From assembly GCF_009914755.1 (NCBI RefSeq), contig NC_060935.1: DNA of 64,000 nucleotides; one strand, 5' to 3'. The first letter of the stretch is position 1, and each line of letters starts with the position of its first letter. The translations under genes and the position numbers were made by a program. Shown here piece by piece: positions 43,943 through 56,409 of the stretch. Source of the DNA: the human T2T-CHM13v2.0 reference genome, Homo sapiens. The notes under the pieces are model-generated. The model had not been told where the DNA came from. It did no database searches and worked only from the letters and a program-made list of their open reading frames with translations.

Positions 43943-46286
43943 TTATTCTGAGGATGACAGGAATGGAGTGGGGAATTTTCCCATTGTTGCCCACAATGCT
44001 GTTTCATAATGTATGAAGACACTTCCACACTGAAAGTTAAGAGAGCTGACTGATTGCATGCCCCTAAAGGAAAGGATATTTCTTTTCTTCCATTTCCAAC
44101 AATATGTAAAACAAAATTCTAGGGTTTCCCCTAAGGTCTCCTGAGGTAACTTGGGGTTGGGACCAGGGTTCTTCTTCCCTGTATGATTTTCCTTTCCCAT
44201 CAGAGTATGGTAAAAGTACTCCTTTTCTAACTGGAAAACTTCTACTCATCCCAACCCAAGAGATCCCTTCCTGGGAAGCCTTTTCTTGCACCCCCAGCTG
44301 TTGTTAAGGCTTCACCCCTCTGTCCCCCATGTTAACTTTTTGCATAATTTCACCCGATCCTCTAACCACATGTCTCTATTTATTCAATTCCCATTTCCCC
44401 TTATTCTCAGCATCCGTTGAAAGCCAACCACCCCAGTGCCTAGCCAGTGGTAGGGCTGGCATTGTAGTACATATGATATTTTAAAACCTAAGCCCAAAAT
44501 GGCCTATGAGACTATGGAATGCAGCTTCAGTTCGTTAATACAGAAACCTTCCAACAACTTTCTTTTTCCTGGAAAACATGAAATACATTAATATAATTTC
44601 AAACCTTAGTTGAACTAGCTAGTCCCAGATTTTCTAGTGCCAAGGCATTAATGTGATTCAAAAGAATTAAAATCACAGCAAAATTAAATAATCTTGTTGA
44701 GTGGATGCTAAACCCGGCACGAGTTCCATGACATGTAGCATCGACATGTACAAGTACTAATTATCCACTAATTACAACCACAGTAGCATTGAGCTGGTTT
44801 TCCCTAAGAATGAAGGACTGACACAGAGCTGTGAATGGTTTAAAAATCCACTCTCAGGCTCAATGCACAGCCATTTGTTCAGAAGATACTGAATTTTTCA
44901 GAGTGCGAACAAAGAAGATGAAAATGTCTTTTAATCTGGGTGGCATGTTCATTTGACTAGTTGGTTTTTAAATGGGTACCTCTTGTGTACCTACCCATTA
45001 CAAACCCTTAGTCCCAAAGAAAGACTGCTAAATGGCTGAAAATGTAGAAGAAACATTTTGCACCTATTCTCCTGGGACCATTGCTGAACTGCATGGGTGG
45101 AATGGAGATCAATCTTGGGATGAAAAGTAATGGTGAAAGGAAAGAAAGTCCCGGGACCCTGGACATGAGTGCCCAGCAGACCCACTGCCAGTTGCAGCTC
45201 TTAATTTTAAATTTGCCATGGGGTGTGCACATTTCAGGTCTGCCACCACTGTTCTTGTTTCTGAAACAGGAGGAAAATCTGAACAACCTTCTTCCACTTC
45301 TACCAAGGGAACCAGTAAAGCCAAGCAAATACTGTAATTACAGTATACCAGTTCAGGGCACAAATTTAGGAGTCGAACAGATCTAGCTACTTAGTGATGT
45401 AACACTCAACAAATGATATGTAGTTATATTTATCCTGTGGATAACTATGGAATAAACAAGCTAGATATAGATGCTTATGGCAGTCTTTGGTGCTTCCTGC
45501 CTCTCCCCACACCCCCATACTAGCCCCTATCCCATAGAGCCGGTATTTGCAGCTATCTGATTCTTCCTGACTCTTTCAATGATTCTCTCATTTGATTTAC
45601 ATTTCTTTTTCTTTTCTGAACAAGAAACTAAAATGCCACCTAGCTCATCTTTTCTATAAGACATGGATGATATATGCCTTTAGCACATTTCTTGCTAGAT
45701 TCTTAGTAGAGTTTTGGAAGGATTAACTCATCAAACTCCAGCCAGGGAGTGTGATCCTACAGGGCGCTTTGTCTTATCCTCCATCTTGATATGTATCGTG
45801 GGGTGCTTGGTGGACCTACAGAAATCAGAGACTGACTATTTTTTGTAACCTCTCTTTTCCTTTTTTAAAATGTTTTTTGAGAAATGAAACATGGGCTGAG
45901 CCCTCTCTGATAGGTTATCAATCCCTACTTACACATGACAGATTCTTGTTTAAATAACATAATTTAGTTAAACAAAAAGTAAAAACAAAAGAGGAATAAA
46001 ATACATATCAAAAAGAATCAAGATAAACTCATTAGCACTGGCAATCTGCCATTTCCCTCCATTAACCTCAATTAACCAAACAGACTGCAGACTCTGACAT
46101 GACACCAAAAAACATGGCTTTTTATGAACCTGTAACATTTTATGTTAAAAACCCATAGCAATAATCATCGCAGCACATAATTCGTTCTGAATTTGGAAAC
46201 TTTTCCCAAAAAGTCTTTACAAGCCATAATATAAATGCTAAATGAATATTCCCATATGTATAGACCATTACCTGCTTTGGATGGAA

Positions 46287-46320
46287 GCATGTGTGTGTGT
46301 GCACACGCGTACATACACAT
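46287..46320. repeat. 34-nt perfectly alternating purine-pyrimidine tract (Z-DNA-prone)
   Basis: gcatgtgtgtgtgtgcacacgcgtacatacacat. Confidence 0.75.
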
Positions 46321-46399
46321 TTCATTATTATATATTTATTTGATTGTGTTTACTATATATTATATATTTAATTATTTATTATTATTATTATAGTTTATT

Positions 46400-46620
46400 T
46401 AGTCAATAGACCAATATTTATTGATGCCCTTCATATGCCAGGCCCTGTGCTAAGCACAAAAGATACAATGAGTAGCCTGGGCTCTTAAAAGGTATTCCTT
46501 TAATGAACATTAAGTGAATAAAAATATGGTTGCCCTGGAGAAGTCACAGTCTATTGACAGAAAAAAACATGTAAACAGAATACAAAATGGTATAAAGGAA
46601 TTGTTTATGAAGTCCCCTGC
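46400..46620 (-). mobile_element. L2 tail fragment
   Basis: aatatttattgatgcccttcatatgccaggccctgtgctaagcac...gatacaatga. Confidence 0.75.
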
Positions 46621-47949
46621 TAAAGAGCAGAGGGAAAATACAAGGCTTCTTCCCTGACTTATTCAGCATTTCTTCCAAGGAGTTATAAAGCAGTTATAAA
46701 TAATACTAATCTCTCCTTTGTTTCCACTTAAGTTTATATGGGAAAAATATCATATGTTACCCCTAGTGATGAAGAGATTATTTGCTCCTCCATAAAATAA
46801 TTGCTGTGTTACAGAGGAAGAAACTGAGGTGCACATTTTTAAAGACTTGCCCAAAGTTGTATTGGTAAATGATTAAGCACAAATTGTATCATTCTTATGA
46901 GAGATGGTACTTCCTCCCTGAGAACAGAAAGACAGTGAAATGCCACTGATTCAGACTCTGAGGAGCACGTTGTAGCAGCTGAAAATGTGGATTTCTAGAA
47001 TATTTCAGGAAACACATATTTACTGCTCTCAAATAAACACATAAGGTTAATGCTAATATTAGCATAGTGTTGCCAAACAAAAGACCTGCTTGGACAGATT
47101 CTAATGAATAGTTACATAGGCTGTTTGCAATTACAACATCAAAATGGTGGTTGTTAAAATTGAAGTGCTCTGCAAATGGTTTATCTTGAGTACAATAAAT
47201 ATTCCCCTGAGACCTCTTCATCCTGTTAATTTACCTAGGTAGTGCAAAGGTAAACTCCAACCAGCTTTGGAACTGTTATATATTCTCAGACAGGTGAAAT
47301 GAAAACTAATGGGGTTTTACAATGTAAATATAAATTTAAGACAAAAGGGCAAGTTTGAATTAAGTGAAAATTAACTGGAAAATATGTGGGTTTTTTTAAA
47401 AAAAAGCATTATCAGTCTTCTGACAGCATTCAAAGCTTTCCATACGAGTGATATTTTTTCCAGGTTTTTAAAATTGAGTTTCAAAACATCACTCCTACCT
47501 AAGGGGTCTTGTATAAATTATAGAGCAAAGATGATCTTAAAGGATTGCATGCCTACAAAGCACACATGCATTTTCAAGACTTTGCACATTCTCTGAGTAA
47601 TTTGCACTTTATCCATCCTCCTGATTTTATCTGTCAGATGAAAACATGTAGAAACAAATCATTTACAGTGACATGATTTCTAAGGGGAGTGCAGTGGCTG
47701 TTTTCACACCTCAAGTGTGTCAGGAATTACAGAACTTTAGAGTGTTCATCTGAACAAAAAGAAACTTCAACTTTTAGTTTCCTGGTTATTAAATTTTCAG
47801 ACATTTTGGGGGTTGAACAATCCAGATACAATAAGGTTTTCCTTTTTAATATAGGCTAGAAATAGCACCCCAGGGCTATTAGGGTTTTTAATAAAAATAA
47901 AATATAATACACTGCTTTTTGTAGATACTGTGCCTGCTTTTTAAACAGC

Positions 47950-48130
47950 ATCTGAGTACAAGCCACTGTGCCAAGCACCTCAGCTTTATTGTTTCTAACC
48001 GAGCCTCTGAGGAACCTAGTATTGTCCCCATTTCAGAGATGACAAGACTGCGATCAGAGAAGTTATGTAAGTTTCCTTGTCCATACAGCTAAAAAATAGC
48101 AGAGCCAGGACTTAGACCCAAGTTTACCGT
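47950..48130 (-). mobile_element. MIR
   Basis: attgtccccatttcagagatgacaagactgcgatcagagaagttatgtaa...cagagccaggactt. Confidence 0.75.
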
Positions 48131-48687
48131 TTTTGTTAAGCTTCTGTCTCGTTAATCTTAAATGGAGATTGGACATTTTGACTTTTCACAACTTCTCTGT
48201 CAGATTCTTATTAAACATTAAAGGCCCAGTACAAACACAGCTCATTCCTTTATGTTTTCTGATTGTACAATTCAGCATTAATCTTTCCTTCTTAGGGACA
48301 CTCAAAGTTGTCTAGGGTGTGTGTTAGATCTTGCCTTGTACTGTAGTGATTCTTATATGTGTCTACCTCTCTCACTGGATTGTTAGTTTGATGAAGGAAA
48401 ATATAGAGACTTATTGTTGTATCTTTTTATCTTTTGCCTTGTGTCCAAATGTGTTTTTGTGGGGAAGAGAAAGCATCTGTATGGAGGTGGTGTTCCACCT
48501 CTGCTAGGGAGATCTTGGTGGCCAGATGGGGCTAGGCAGTGTGTAACGCTATAGGCGGTAAAAGAAAGTATGCCTGAATGCAGAAGTGAAATTGTAGCTG
48601 ATGGAAGCCAGTATAGTATGGGAAGGCAGGGCTTCCTGTCTTCCTTGCTAGGCATGCCTAGCATGCCTCAGATCTAAAGTCAAAACA

Positions 48688-48993
48688 GGCTGGGCAAGGT
48701 GACTCACACGTAGAATCCCAGCACTTTGGGAGGCTGAGGCCAGAGGCTCACCTTGAGGCCAGGAATTTGAGACCAGGAATTAGAGACCACATCTCTACCA
48801 AAAAAAAAAAAAAATTTTTTTAACTAGCTGGGGATGATGGTGCACCGGTAGTCTCAGCTACTTGGGAGGCTGAGTGAGGAGTATTGCCTGAGCCCAGGAA
48901 TTTCAGCCTGTAGAGCTATGATCATGCCACTGCACTCAGCCTGGATGACAGAGCGAGACCCTGTCTTTAAATATTAATTAATTAATTAATAAG
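48688..48993 (+). mobile_element. AluJ SINE
   Basis: J diagnostics; perfect 13-bp TSD taaagtcaaaaca 48675-87 / 48994-49006. Confidence 0.95.
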
Positions 48994-49239
48994 TAAAGTC
49001 AAAACAAACATGGTAACCACATAGTTTAGTCCTTTGCTGGAAGGATTCGGATCAGAACGTTGTGGAATTCAGATGATGACATACGGGAGGCTGTTCCTGG
49101 TGCCTCTATTTTATTGTCCTGTAAATTATTTTATTTCATAAAGTTGAGTGTTGTTCATGTTAGAAAAACTAGATATTTAGATAAGCCAATAAAAGTAATT
49201 ACTATAACCCCATCATCCAGAAGATAACAACTAGATATA

Positions 49240-49555
49240 CAGTCATTCTCACCCCTAGCTGAACATTAGAATCACCTAGGAGAATTCTTTAAAAATACCT
49301 ATGCCTAGGCTCCACCACATACCAAATAATTCATAATCTCTGGGTGTGGGACCCTGACGTGAGTATTTTTTAAAACTCCCCAGGTGATTCCAGGGCACAG
49401 CCAAGTTTGAAAACCAACCATGGTCTAGAGCCAGTCATCTTAAAATTCCTGTGCATACATTATCTAGGTCTGGGGGGAGCCTACAAGTCTGCATTTCTAA
49501 CCAGCTCCCAAGTAGCACTCATGATGCTAATGCATGCTATGCTTCAAGTAGCAAG
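49240..49555. mobile_element. Adjacent MER5A-like (49240-49421) and MER5B-like (49432-49555) hAT-Charlie elements
   Basis: cattagaatcacctagga...ctccccaggtgattc...gtttgaaaacca; gtctgcatttctaaccagctccca; separated by gtctagag, a Charlie-type target site. Confidence 0.75.
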
Positions 49556-49799
49556 AGTATTATATATTATCCTCTCAAAAAAATGTAACCATGCATGGAT
49601 AAAGGGATTTTTTAAATCAGTAAGTCTTTGAACAGGTTACTTATACTGTAAGCCTCAATTTCCTTATCTGTCAGATGACAGAGTGAGTATTAAATGTTTT
49701 AGAACTTTTGCTGCCCAAATATTTAGGTGGGAAGGAAGCAAAGTTAAACCATTGAACACATATGATACTCCACACACTGTTCTTAGAGCTGATAATAAG

Positions 49800-50000
49800 A
49801 ATAGTATTATTTGGGCATGTAGTATGTGCCAGGAACCATGCTAAGCATTTTTAATTATTTAATTTAGTAAGCTTCATTTTATAGATGAGGAAGCTAAGTA
49901 ACCTGCCCAAGGACATGCAGCTGCCTAGAGGTAGAACTGGGATGGGAAACCAGGCAGTCTGATGCCAGAGCCTGAGTACTGCTAGCCAGTATACTACAAT
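49800..50000 (-). mobile_element. MIR
   Basis: tatgtgccaggaaccatgctaagc...cattttatagatgaggaa...cctgcccaagg...aggcagtctgatgccagagcc. Confidence 0.85.
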
Positions 50001-52144
50001 GCTTCCTGGACTAGATAATCTCTAGGATTCATCTATATAGTGGAATTTAGATTGCCAGTCACTTAGGCTTCTTTATTTTGATTATCCAATATTCAGAATT
50101 ATGAAAAAAATCTTGGCAGAAAGGGAAAGGGGGAGAAGTGCGCCATATTGCACATCTAAGCATGCACATCAGTGGTATGTAAATAGCACCTAAAGATGGC
50201 ATCATTTCATACGACATCCTTAGTATTGGTTCGCCATCTGTGGCTTAATTTCTCTGAAGAAATCCAATATGGCATTCAAGGTTTAACTTAATAGCCTAGA
50301 GACTTCTTCAGGTGCATAAGTGCATCCTCATCTAGGCAGAATCGGAAGGCAGAACCGGAGGGCTCTGTGCAGTTGGGAGGAAGAACCATGAAGACTGGTG
50401 ATGAGGAGAGGAATTGATGGAAGAACAGATGGGAGTGGGAAGTATCCAGGTATTCTGGTAAAATTAGGCATGTACACAGCATCTCTGGTTCTAACTGTAT
50501 GAATGTGTGCACATGCATGCATGCATGTGTGCATGAGGATGGCAAGACCACTGGGTACAGGAGAGGATTATACAGAGGAGGAGGACTTTGGAAGTATTGT
50601 CTATCATACAAGATCATCTTCACTACTCCCTCCCTTGTTGGCCCCACCTTACCCTTCACTCTGATGACAAGTGGACTTGACCCAAATGCTTCTAATCAAT
50701 CTAGTGTAGCAGTAGAGTTAGGAAGCAGGGCTTGCCTGAACCTTAGAACTCTCCGTCCAGGCTGTGGGCAACTCCATCTGTCAACTAGGCCTGAAGGGAA
50801 GTTGCCAGGTCTGTGCCAGCCTCTACAGTTTTCCTCTGCAGGATGGCTTGTTCCCTTTGCTACCTGTAGCGGCTACAGAATCCTGAATCCAAAGGGAAAA
50901 TATTTCTGGCAGAAAAATACTGCCTGGGATTTCCCTGCTGCTAAGGCAGAATTCAGAAATGCCATCCATTGGCTTGCAAAGAAAGAAATGAAATGTATCT
51001 GTTACAGAAAACCAACAGCCATAAACCATGTTTGACCCACAGCATCTTCATACTTTGGTTTAAAATGTACCCTCACTTTTACAGTTTTAAAGCTTCTATT
51101 AGCATCTCAGAAATCTCTATTTATGAAGAGAAGTCCAACTTGCAGGCTTAAGCTCCATGGGTGATTTCCCCTTCAACTTTTCTTAAGAAAATTTAATAGC
51201 AGCACCATGTGCTCAATTGAGCAATTCCAAGTCTTTACAAACCTGATGAAACAACCCTTACTTAAGAAGCATATCTCGTGGGGGTAGTTTCCAGAATCCT
51301 TTTTTTAACCCCCTTATAACTGATGTTGTAGCTCTTGTATATATATTTTTTTCTTTCTGGTATTTTTTCTTTTCAAATAAATATCATCCAGTCTGAAAAT
51401 ACATATTACTTAGTTGTTTATTTTTTAAGGAAATGTGATACAACTCTTCTCTCCAACTTTAATTTTTCCTCTACTCCTGAAAGTTGAATTTACTATGCAT
51501 GCATTTCATTTCTCTCCAAATTAAGTGCACAGCCTGATGTCCATATGTAAATACTGCAGGGAATATTTTAATGCTTCTTAATGGGCTGAAGGGAAAGAGG
51601 TGGAAATAGGGGTTCTAGAAGTCAGAATCTTATAGAAGACATCATAAATGTGGGAATAACCAGTGTGTGTATTTTCCCTATTTAAAAGCACGTACTTAAC
51701 TGATATTTTTACTTTCCTCCTTTTGAGAAATATGCATAGGATGTTTAATTTCATGTCAATTCTGTGGATAAATAAAAACTATAACACAGCATGTATTGTT
51801 CCCGATTGGGTGACCCACCCAGGTCCTGCACTGCCGGGCACAGAACCATTGAGAAGAAAGTGTGCTCAGGGAATAAAGCAGGGAAGGAAGAAGACTAATG
51901 ATCTTCTTGTAATATTCCTTATATTACTGTACATTCTTCACACTGAAAAGATGCATTACGACTTTCCTAGATGAAGAAACTGAGGCCTAGAGAAGGAATA
52001 TGATTTCCTGTGATCTTATGACCAGTTATTGACAGAGCCGATTCTGGTACCCAGGTCTCCTGGCCCCTAGACAGATGACTTTGCCAATGCTCCACATCTT
52101 CTGCTAGGGAGATAAAAAGGAAACACTGAAGAAGCTCCAGAGTT

Positions 52145-52449
52145 AGTTTTATTTTTGGTTTACGAGGTTTCTTTTTTTTTAAAGAAAGAGTCCTCTCTCT
52201 CTCACCCAGGCTGTAGTGCAGTGACGTAATCATAGCTCAGTGTAACCTCAAACTCCTGGGCTCAAGCCATCCTCCCACTTCAGCCTCCCAAGTAGCTGGA
52301 ACTATAGGTGCCTGTCTAATTATTATTATTAAAGAGATAGGGTCTTACCATGTTACCCAGGCTGGTCTCATACTCCTGGCCTCAAGCAATCCTCCTGCCT
52401 TGGCCTCTCAAAGCATTGGGATTATAGGCATAAGACACCACACCTGGCC
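52145..52449 (-). mobile_element. AluJ SINE
   Basis: atcatagctca...aactcctgggctcaag...agggtctt...ctcctggcctcaagcaatcctcctgcc...cctggcc. Confidence 0.94.
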
Positions 52450-52459
52450 AAGAGTTGCT

Positions 52460-52775
52460 GGGTTTGAATTGTGGTATAGTCATAAATCACAAATTAACCT
52501 CGGGCAAGTTTATTTAACTGTTTCCTCCTACAAATGGAGTCAAAATAATTCCTATTTCTCTGAAATTTCAGAGTTAGAGGAAAAATTAAAGTTGTGGTAA
52601 AGACATGTATTAGGTCTGTTTTTTAAAAAAGCAACCATGTAATGTATATTCTTAGACTATATGATATCTGAACTATTGTGAGATAAAATGAGATTATGTA
52701 TATGAACTGTTTAATATGGTGCCTGGCACATATTCAGTACTCAATAAATATTGGATACAACTATATTATTATTAT
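52460..52775 (+). mobile_element. MIR fragments
   Basis: cctcgggcaagtttatttaac...; ttgtgagataaaatgagattatgtat...gtgcctggcacata...ctcaataaata. Confidence 0.7.
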
Positions 52776-53069
52776 CCTATTTTTCTCCCTAAATTAGGTA
52801 GAAATCAGGATGGGAGAGAACAATGGAATGGCCACAAATCCTTTGTGCATAAGATTAAAGATTAAAAATATTTAATCAGCTGCTGAAAAAAATTTTTAAA
52901 AGGCTATCAGGAATTGCTCTGATGACCTCCAAAAAACAGGAAAACATTAAAGTTATTCAAAGGATGGAGGAGAGCATTCAGACAGCTTTAACACCCATGC
53001 ATTGGAACCATTATGGCCACTCTGTATAATAAAATAACATTGAGAGTTCTGGAAGACTACATCCACATC

Positions 53070-53530
53070 ACCTTCATTCAGATAAATTTTGCTTGGTACC
53101 TACAATGTGCCAGTTTCTGTGTTAAACACCAGGAATACAACATGAATAAGATTTATTCACCACCCTTTTGCTTGTGCCCTATTAGGGAAGACTGACTGTT
53201 TGGAAAATAATTAGAGCAAAATGTTGTGTGCTGCAAAAGTAGTATTTTATTCAAAAAATTGAGGAGGCATTGATCTAAGTTGTGGGCTTAGTTGTGTTTA
53301 AAGACCCAAAGCCTTTGCCTTTTGCAGCTGTAGTCTAGATGGAGATTCAGATGATAAATGAATTAATTACATGCAACATGCCAGGTAAGGAAAGGTCCGA
53401 GAGGGCTTCACATAGAAAGTAACAACTCAACTGTCTGAAAGGATGGTGAAGGGTTTACCAGATAGCTGGGTACAGACATGAAGAAGTGAGAAGCATAGGG
53501 GATGGGATGTGAAGAACACAGAGGAAAGAA
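53070..53530 (-). mobile_element. L2 fragments
   Basis: ttcattcagataaatttt...tacctacaatgtgccag...; gagggcttcacatagaaagtaaca. Confidence 0.6.
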
Positions 53531-54803
53531 TTAATTGTCGCTCACAAAGCTGATAATTCTAGTTGTATTTTTAAAATACCAAACCCAGCTTCCAACAGTC
53601 TTGGAGAATTATGCTGAAACAGCTAAGACCTGCATTTCTTCAAGTAGCACTTAAAGAAAATGTGAATGTCATGGCAGCAGATTACACAGCTGCGACCCAG
53701 GACACCCACAGGCAGAAAAATCAGGGAAAAGAAGTCATCCTTACAAGTATCACTTCTCTGACCATAACTACTTAGAACATTTTGAATTCTGTTTGGAACA
53801 GGCAGCCACATTTTCATGCTCAGGCTGTTTCTCAGAGAGAGGTCATTAGATTCTTCCATCTCCATAACAAAAAATCAAAAGCAGCCATTTTAAAAGTAAT
53901 TGCACAGTTCCAGCCATATGTCTCCCCCACCTCCTTATTGAGTATCATTCACTTAGGACTGGCATACTTCCCCTCCTAAATTGGAGGTTTGCATATGTAA
54001 TTATATCAAATGATGTGTTTGTTTATATCTCCAAACCACATTCAAAAGCTTGCCTATGATTTATCTTTGAAATTCAGTTTCATCATGTCAGTCCCCAATT
54101 TACTGTGCCCAGTGGGTCTACAGTTACATGTGTAATGCACACACCTCTCTCGTATAGATTACAGAATGGGGTTGCCTTCCCCAGTGATGAGTCAGAGTGG
54201 TTGAGGAGGGAGGTTGCTCTGTTTTGTCTTGTTCTCTATTCTCTGTATTTTTTCTTGTTCTCTATTGTCTTGTTGTCTTATTCTCTATTTGTTCCAAATG
54301 CATTCAGCTACAACAAAGTTATTATAAATGAAGAGGTAGCACTGGTCATTTTAACTAATTCCTCTGGGCCAGGAAGGATGGCTCACTGCATTCTTTTCTG
54401 ACTGTAAAAAATGGCAGTGCTGCTGAGGTGCCGTAGCTCATCGTAAGTAGGTACTTTGAGCAGGAGGAAAGCTTTTACACCTTAGTGGTTTAGCTGACCC
54501 TGGCTTGATAAAAAGATTTATTTTATCAAGATTTTGATAACAAGATGTATTTATTTATTTTCAACTGCAAATAACTACCAGTTGTTGCTGTAACCGTAAA
54601 ATTTCAATGTTTCCATGTTCCAGATTCCCATGGACAAGCCCAATCAGCTCTATTCATTTCAACCCTTCTTCATGCCTGAGGCCTAAACTAACTAACCTAT
54701 TCATTCATTCATTCATTCATGTAAATATTTTTAAGAGCCTACCTTTTCCAAACATAAAAGACTTATTAAAACCTTAAAGTCAGGGTTTATGATTTTCTAG
54801 TGA

Positions 54804-54995
54804 TTTTTCTAACAGCTTTATTAGCATATAATTTACATGCAATAAACTTCACCTATTCAAAGGATACAATTTAATTGTTTTCAGAATATTTACAGAATTA
54901 TGCAACCATCACCATAGTCTGTAATTTTAGAACATTTTCATCCCTTCAAAAAGAAACCTTGTACCCATTAGCAGACACTCCCTATCCCCATACCA
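54804..54995 (-). mobile_element. L1MB-type 3' end
   Basis: acagctttatt...tatttacagaattatgcaaccatcacca...ttttagaacattttcatc...aagaaaccttgtacccattagcag. Confidence 0.85.
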
Positions 54996-55999
54996 CCTCA
55001 TCTGATTTCCTACCGATTTCCACTTTTAAGTTACATTTTATTTCTTGCCTTTTATTTCATATCTATGAAAATAAAGGTGGTAGAAGCCAAGAGAACTGTA
55101 ACCTGCAGAGGCTTTCCTGTGTCTTTTTACTCCAGGAACAGAAACTGCTTGTCTTCCTCACAGCTCCAAGTTCACTGTTGTGTATGTTGTTTCAGACTTT
55201 TCAGGAAGCCTGTCTCTCTCTGTTGGCTGATCAATATGTGAGAAACACATCCAGGTGAAGGTATGAAGGTGAAGGGGACCCTGCAGCTCTCCCAGTTACA
55301 TGTAGGCATTGTGAAAACAAGTGAATGTCCTAAAGAATCGCCCTGAGAATCATCAGGAGAGGAAGCTGACCTCTTCCCTGTGCACAGCCACACCACAATG
55401 GGCTGTGGCCATGTGACCCTGGGCAAGGAGCACCTGTGATGATAGAGAGTCCCCAGGGGAACAGAGGGCAAAGGGGTCCTGGTCTTTTGTGGCCGGAAGA
55501 GCAGCAGGGTGAAGGCCAACAGCCCTTTGACTCATTTATAGCCTCAATATAACAAGCATGTCTCATTCCTATTGTGGACTCTAATAGAGGAGCCCACACA
55601 CAGGAGAGGGGAGGCTCCATGAAAGCTTCCCCTGCCTTGTGAGAAGAAAGTTACTCCCCACTTTGAAAGAGCCTCTGTGACATATGACCTTGTCCAATAG
55701 AATGGCCCAAAAATGAAGGTGTCAGATATGTGTGTTAGACATCCACTGGGGTGACCACACAGACCCTCTGTCAATGTGACTCAGAGCGATGTGCTGCCCT
55801 TTATTCCTCTCCTCACTTCCCCACAGCAGGCACTCACAGGCTATCTCCATCACCCCACCCCACACCCACACCCACTGAGCCCAATGCTCTGATCTAGATG
55901 CTAGAGCAGCTCAGTGTATTTCATTCTTGGGCCTGTCTGGTCAGAAGAAGTAAGGTCAATAAAAAGTCACAGTGAGATTCAGTGAAAGATAGTGGAATT

Positions 56000-56140
56000 G
56001 GATAGTACTTTACTCTTAGAATCAGAGGACCGTCACAGGCCTCACCCCAAGAGATTCTGATACAGTAAATGAGGGATGGAGCAGGGAGACAAAAATCCAT
56101 GTTTTTTACGTTTCCCTGGTGATTCCGATGGTCAGCTAAG
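56000..56140. mobile_element. MER5A-like fragment
   Basis: ggcctcaccccaagagattctgat...tccctggtgattccgatg. Confidence 0.65.
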
Positions 56141-56409
56141 GAAGGAAAGTTACTCATCCTCCTTGACCTTCTTGGTGGCAGTCTTTCCTCCTTAATCTCA
56201 GACAGTAGCTCTTTACATCCAAGAGTGCCTAGTATTGCTCATTCACACAGAGGAACTCTGCAAACTTTATGAGTACACATGTCACACAAGCCTTTCCCAC
56301 CCACAAATACACCCTCCACACACAAAACAATACCCTCCTAAACAAACACATTCCAAGTCTGTAGCAAAACTGAAGAATAGAATACAGCAGATCTCTTCCA
56401 GAGCAACTT

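Noticed and set aside
48644-48668. p53-like array cttgctAGGCATGCCTagcatgcct
   Set aside because: One perfect half-site, but the CWWG cores are spaced 9 bp apart rather than the 10 bp of a canonical response element.
50499-51035. 178-aa ORF
   Set aside because: Starts in an alternating purine-pyrimidine repeat; no recognisable domain or splice context; compatible with chance.
51179-51223. Two short palindromes (tttcttaagaaa; tgctcaattgagca)
   Set aside because: A few 12-14-bp palindromes are expected by chance in 64 kb of AT-rich DNA; no other support.
55205-55260. Possible + strand cryptic exon (ttttcag|GAAGCC...|gtgaag or gtatga)
   Set aside because: Weak donors and a competing upstream AG; no cadherin-like translation.
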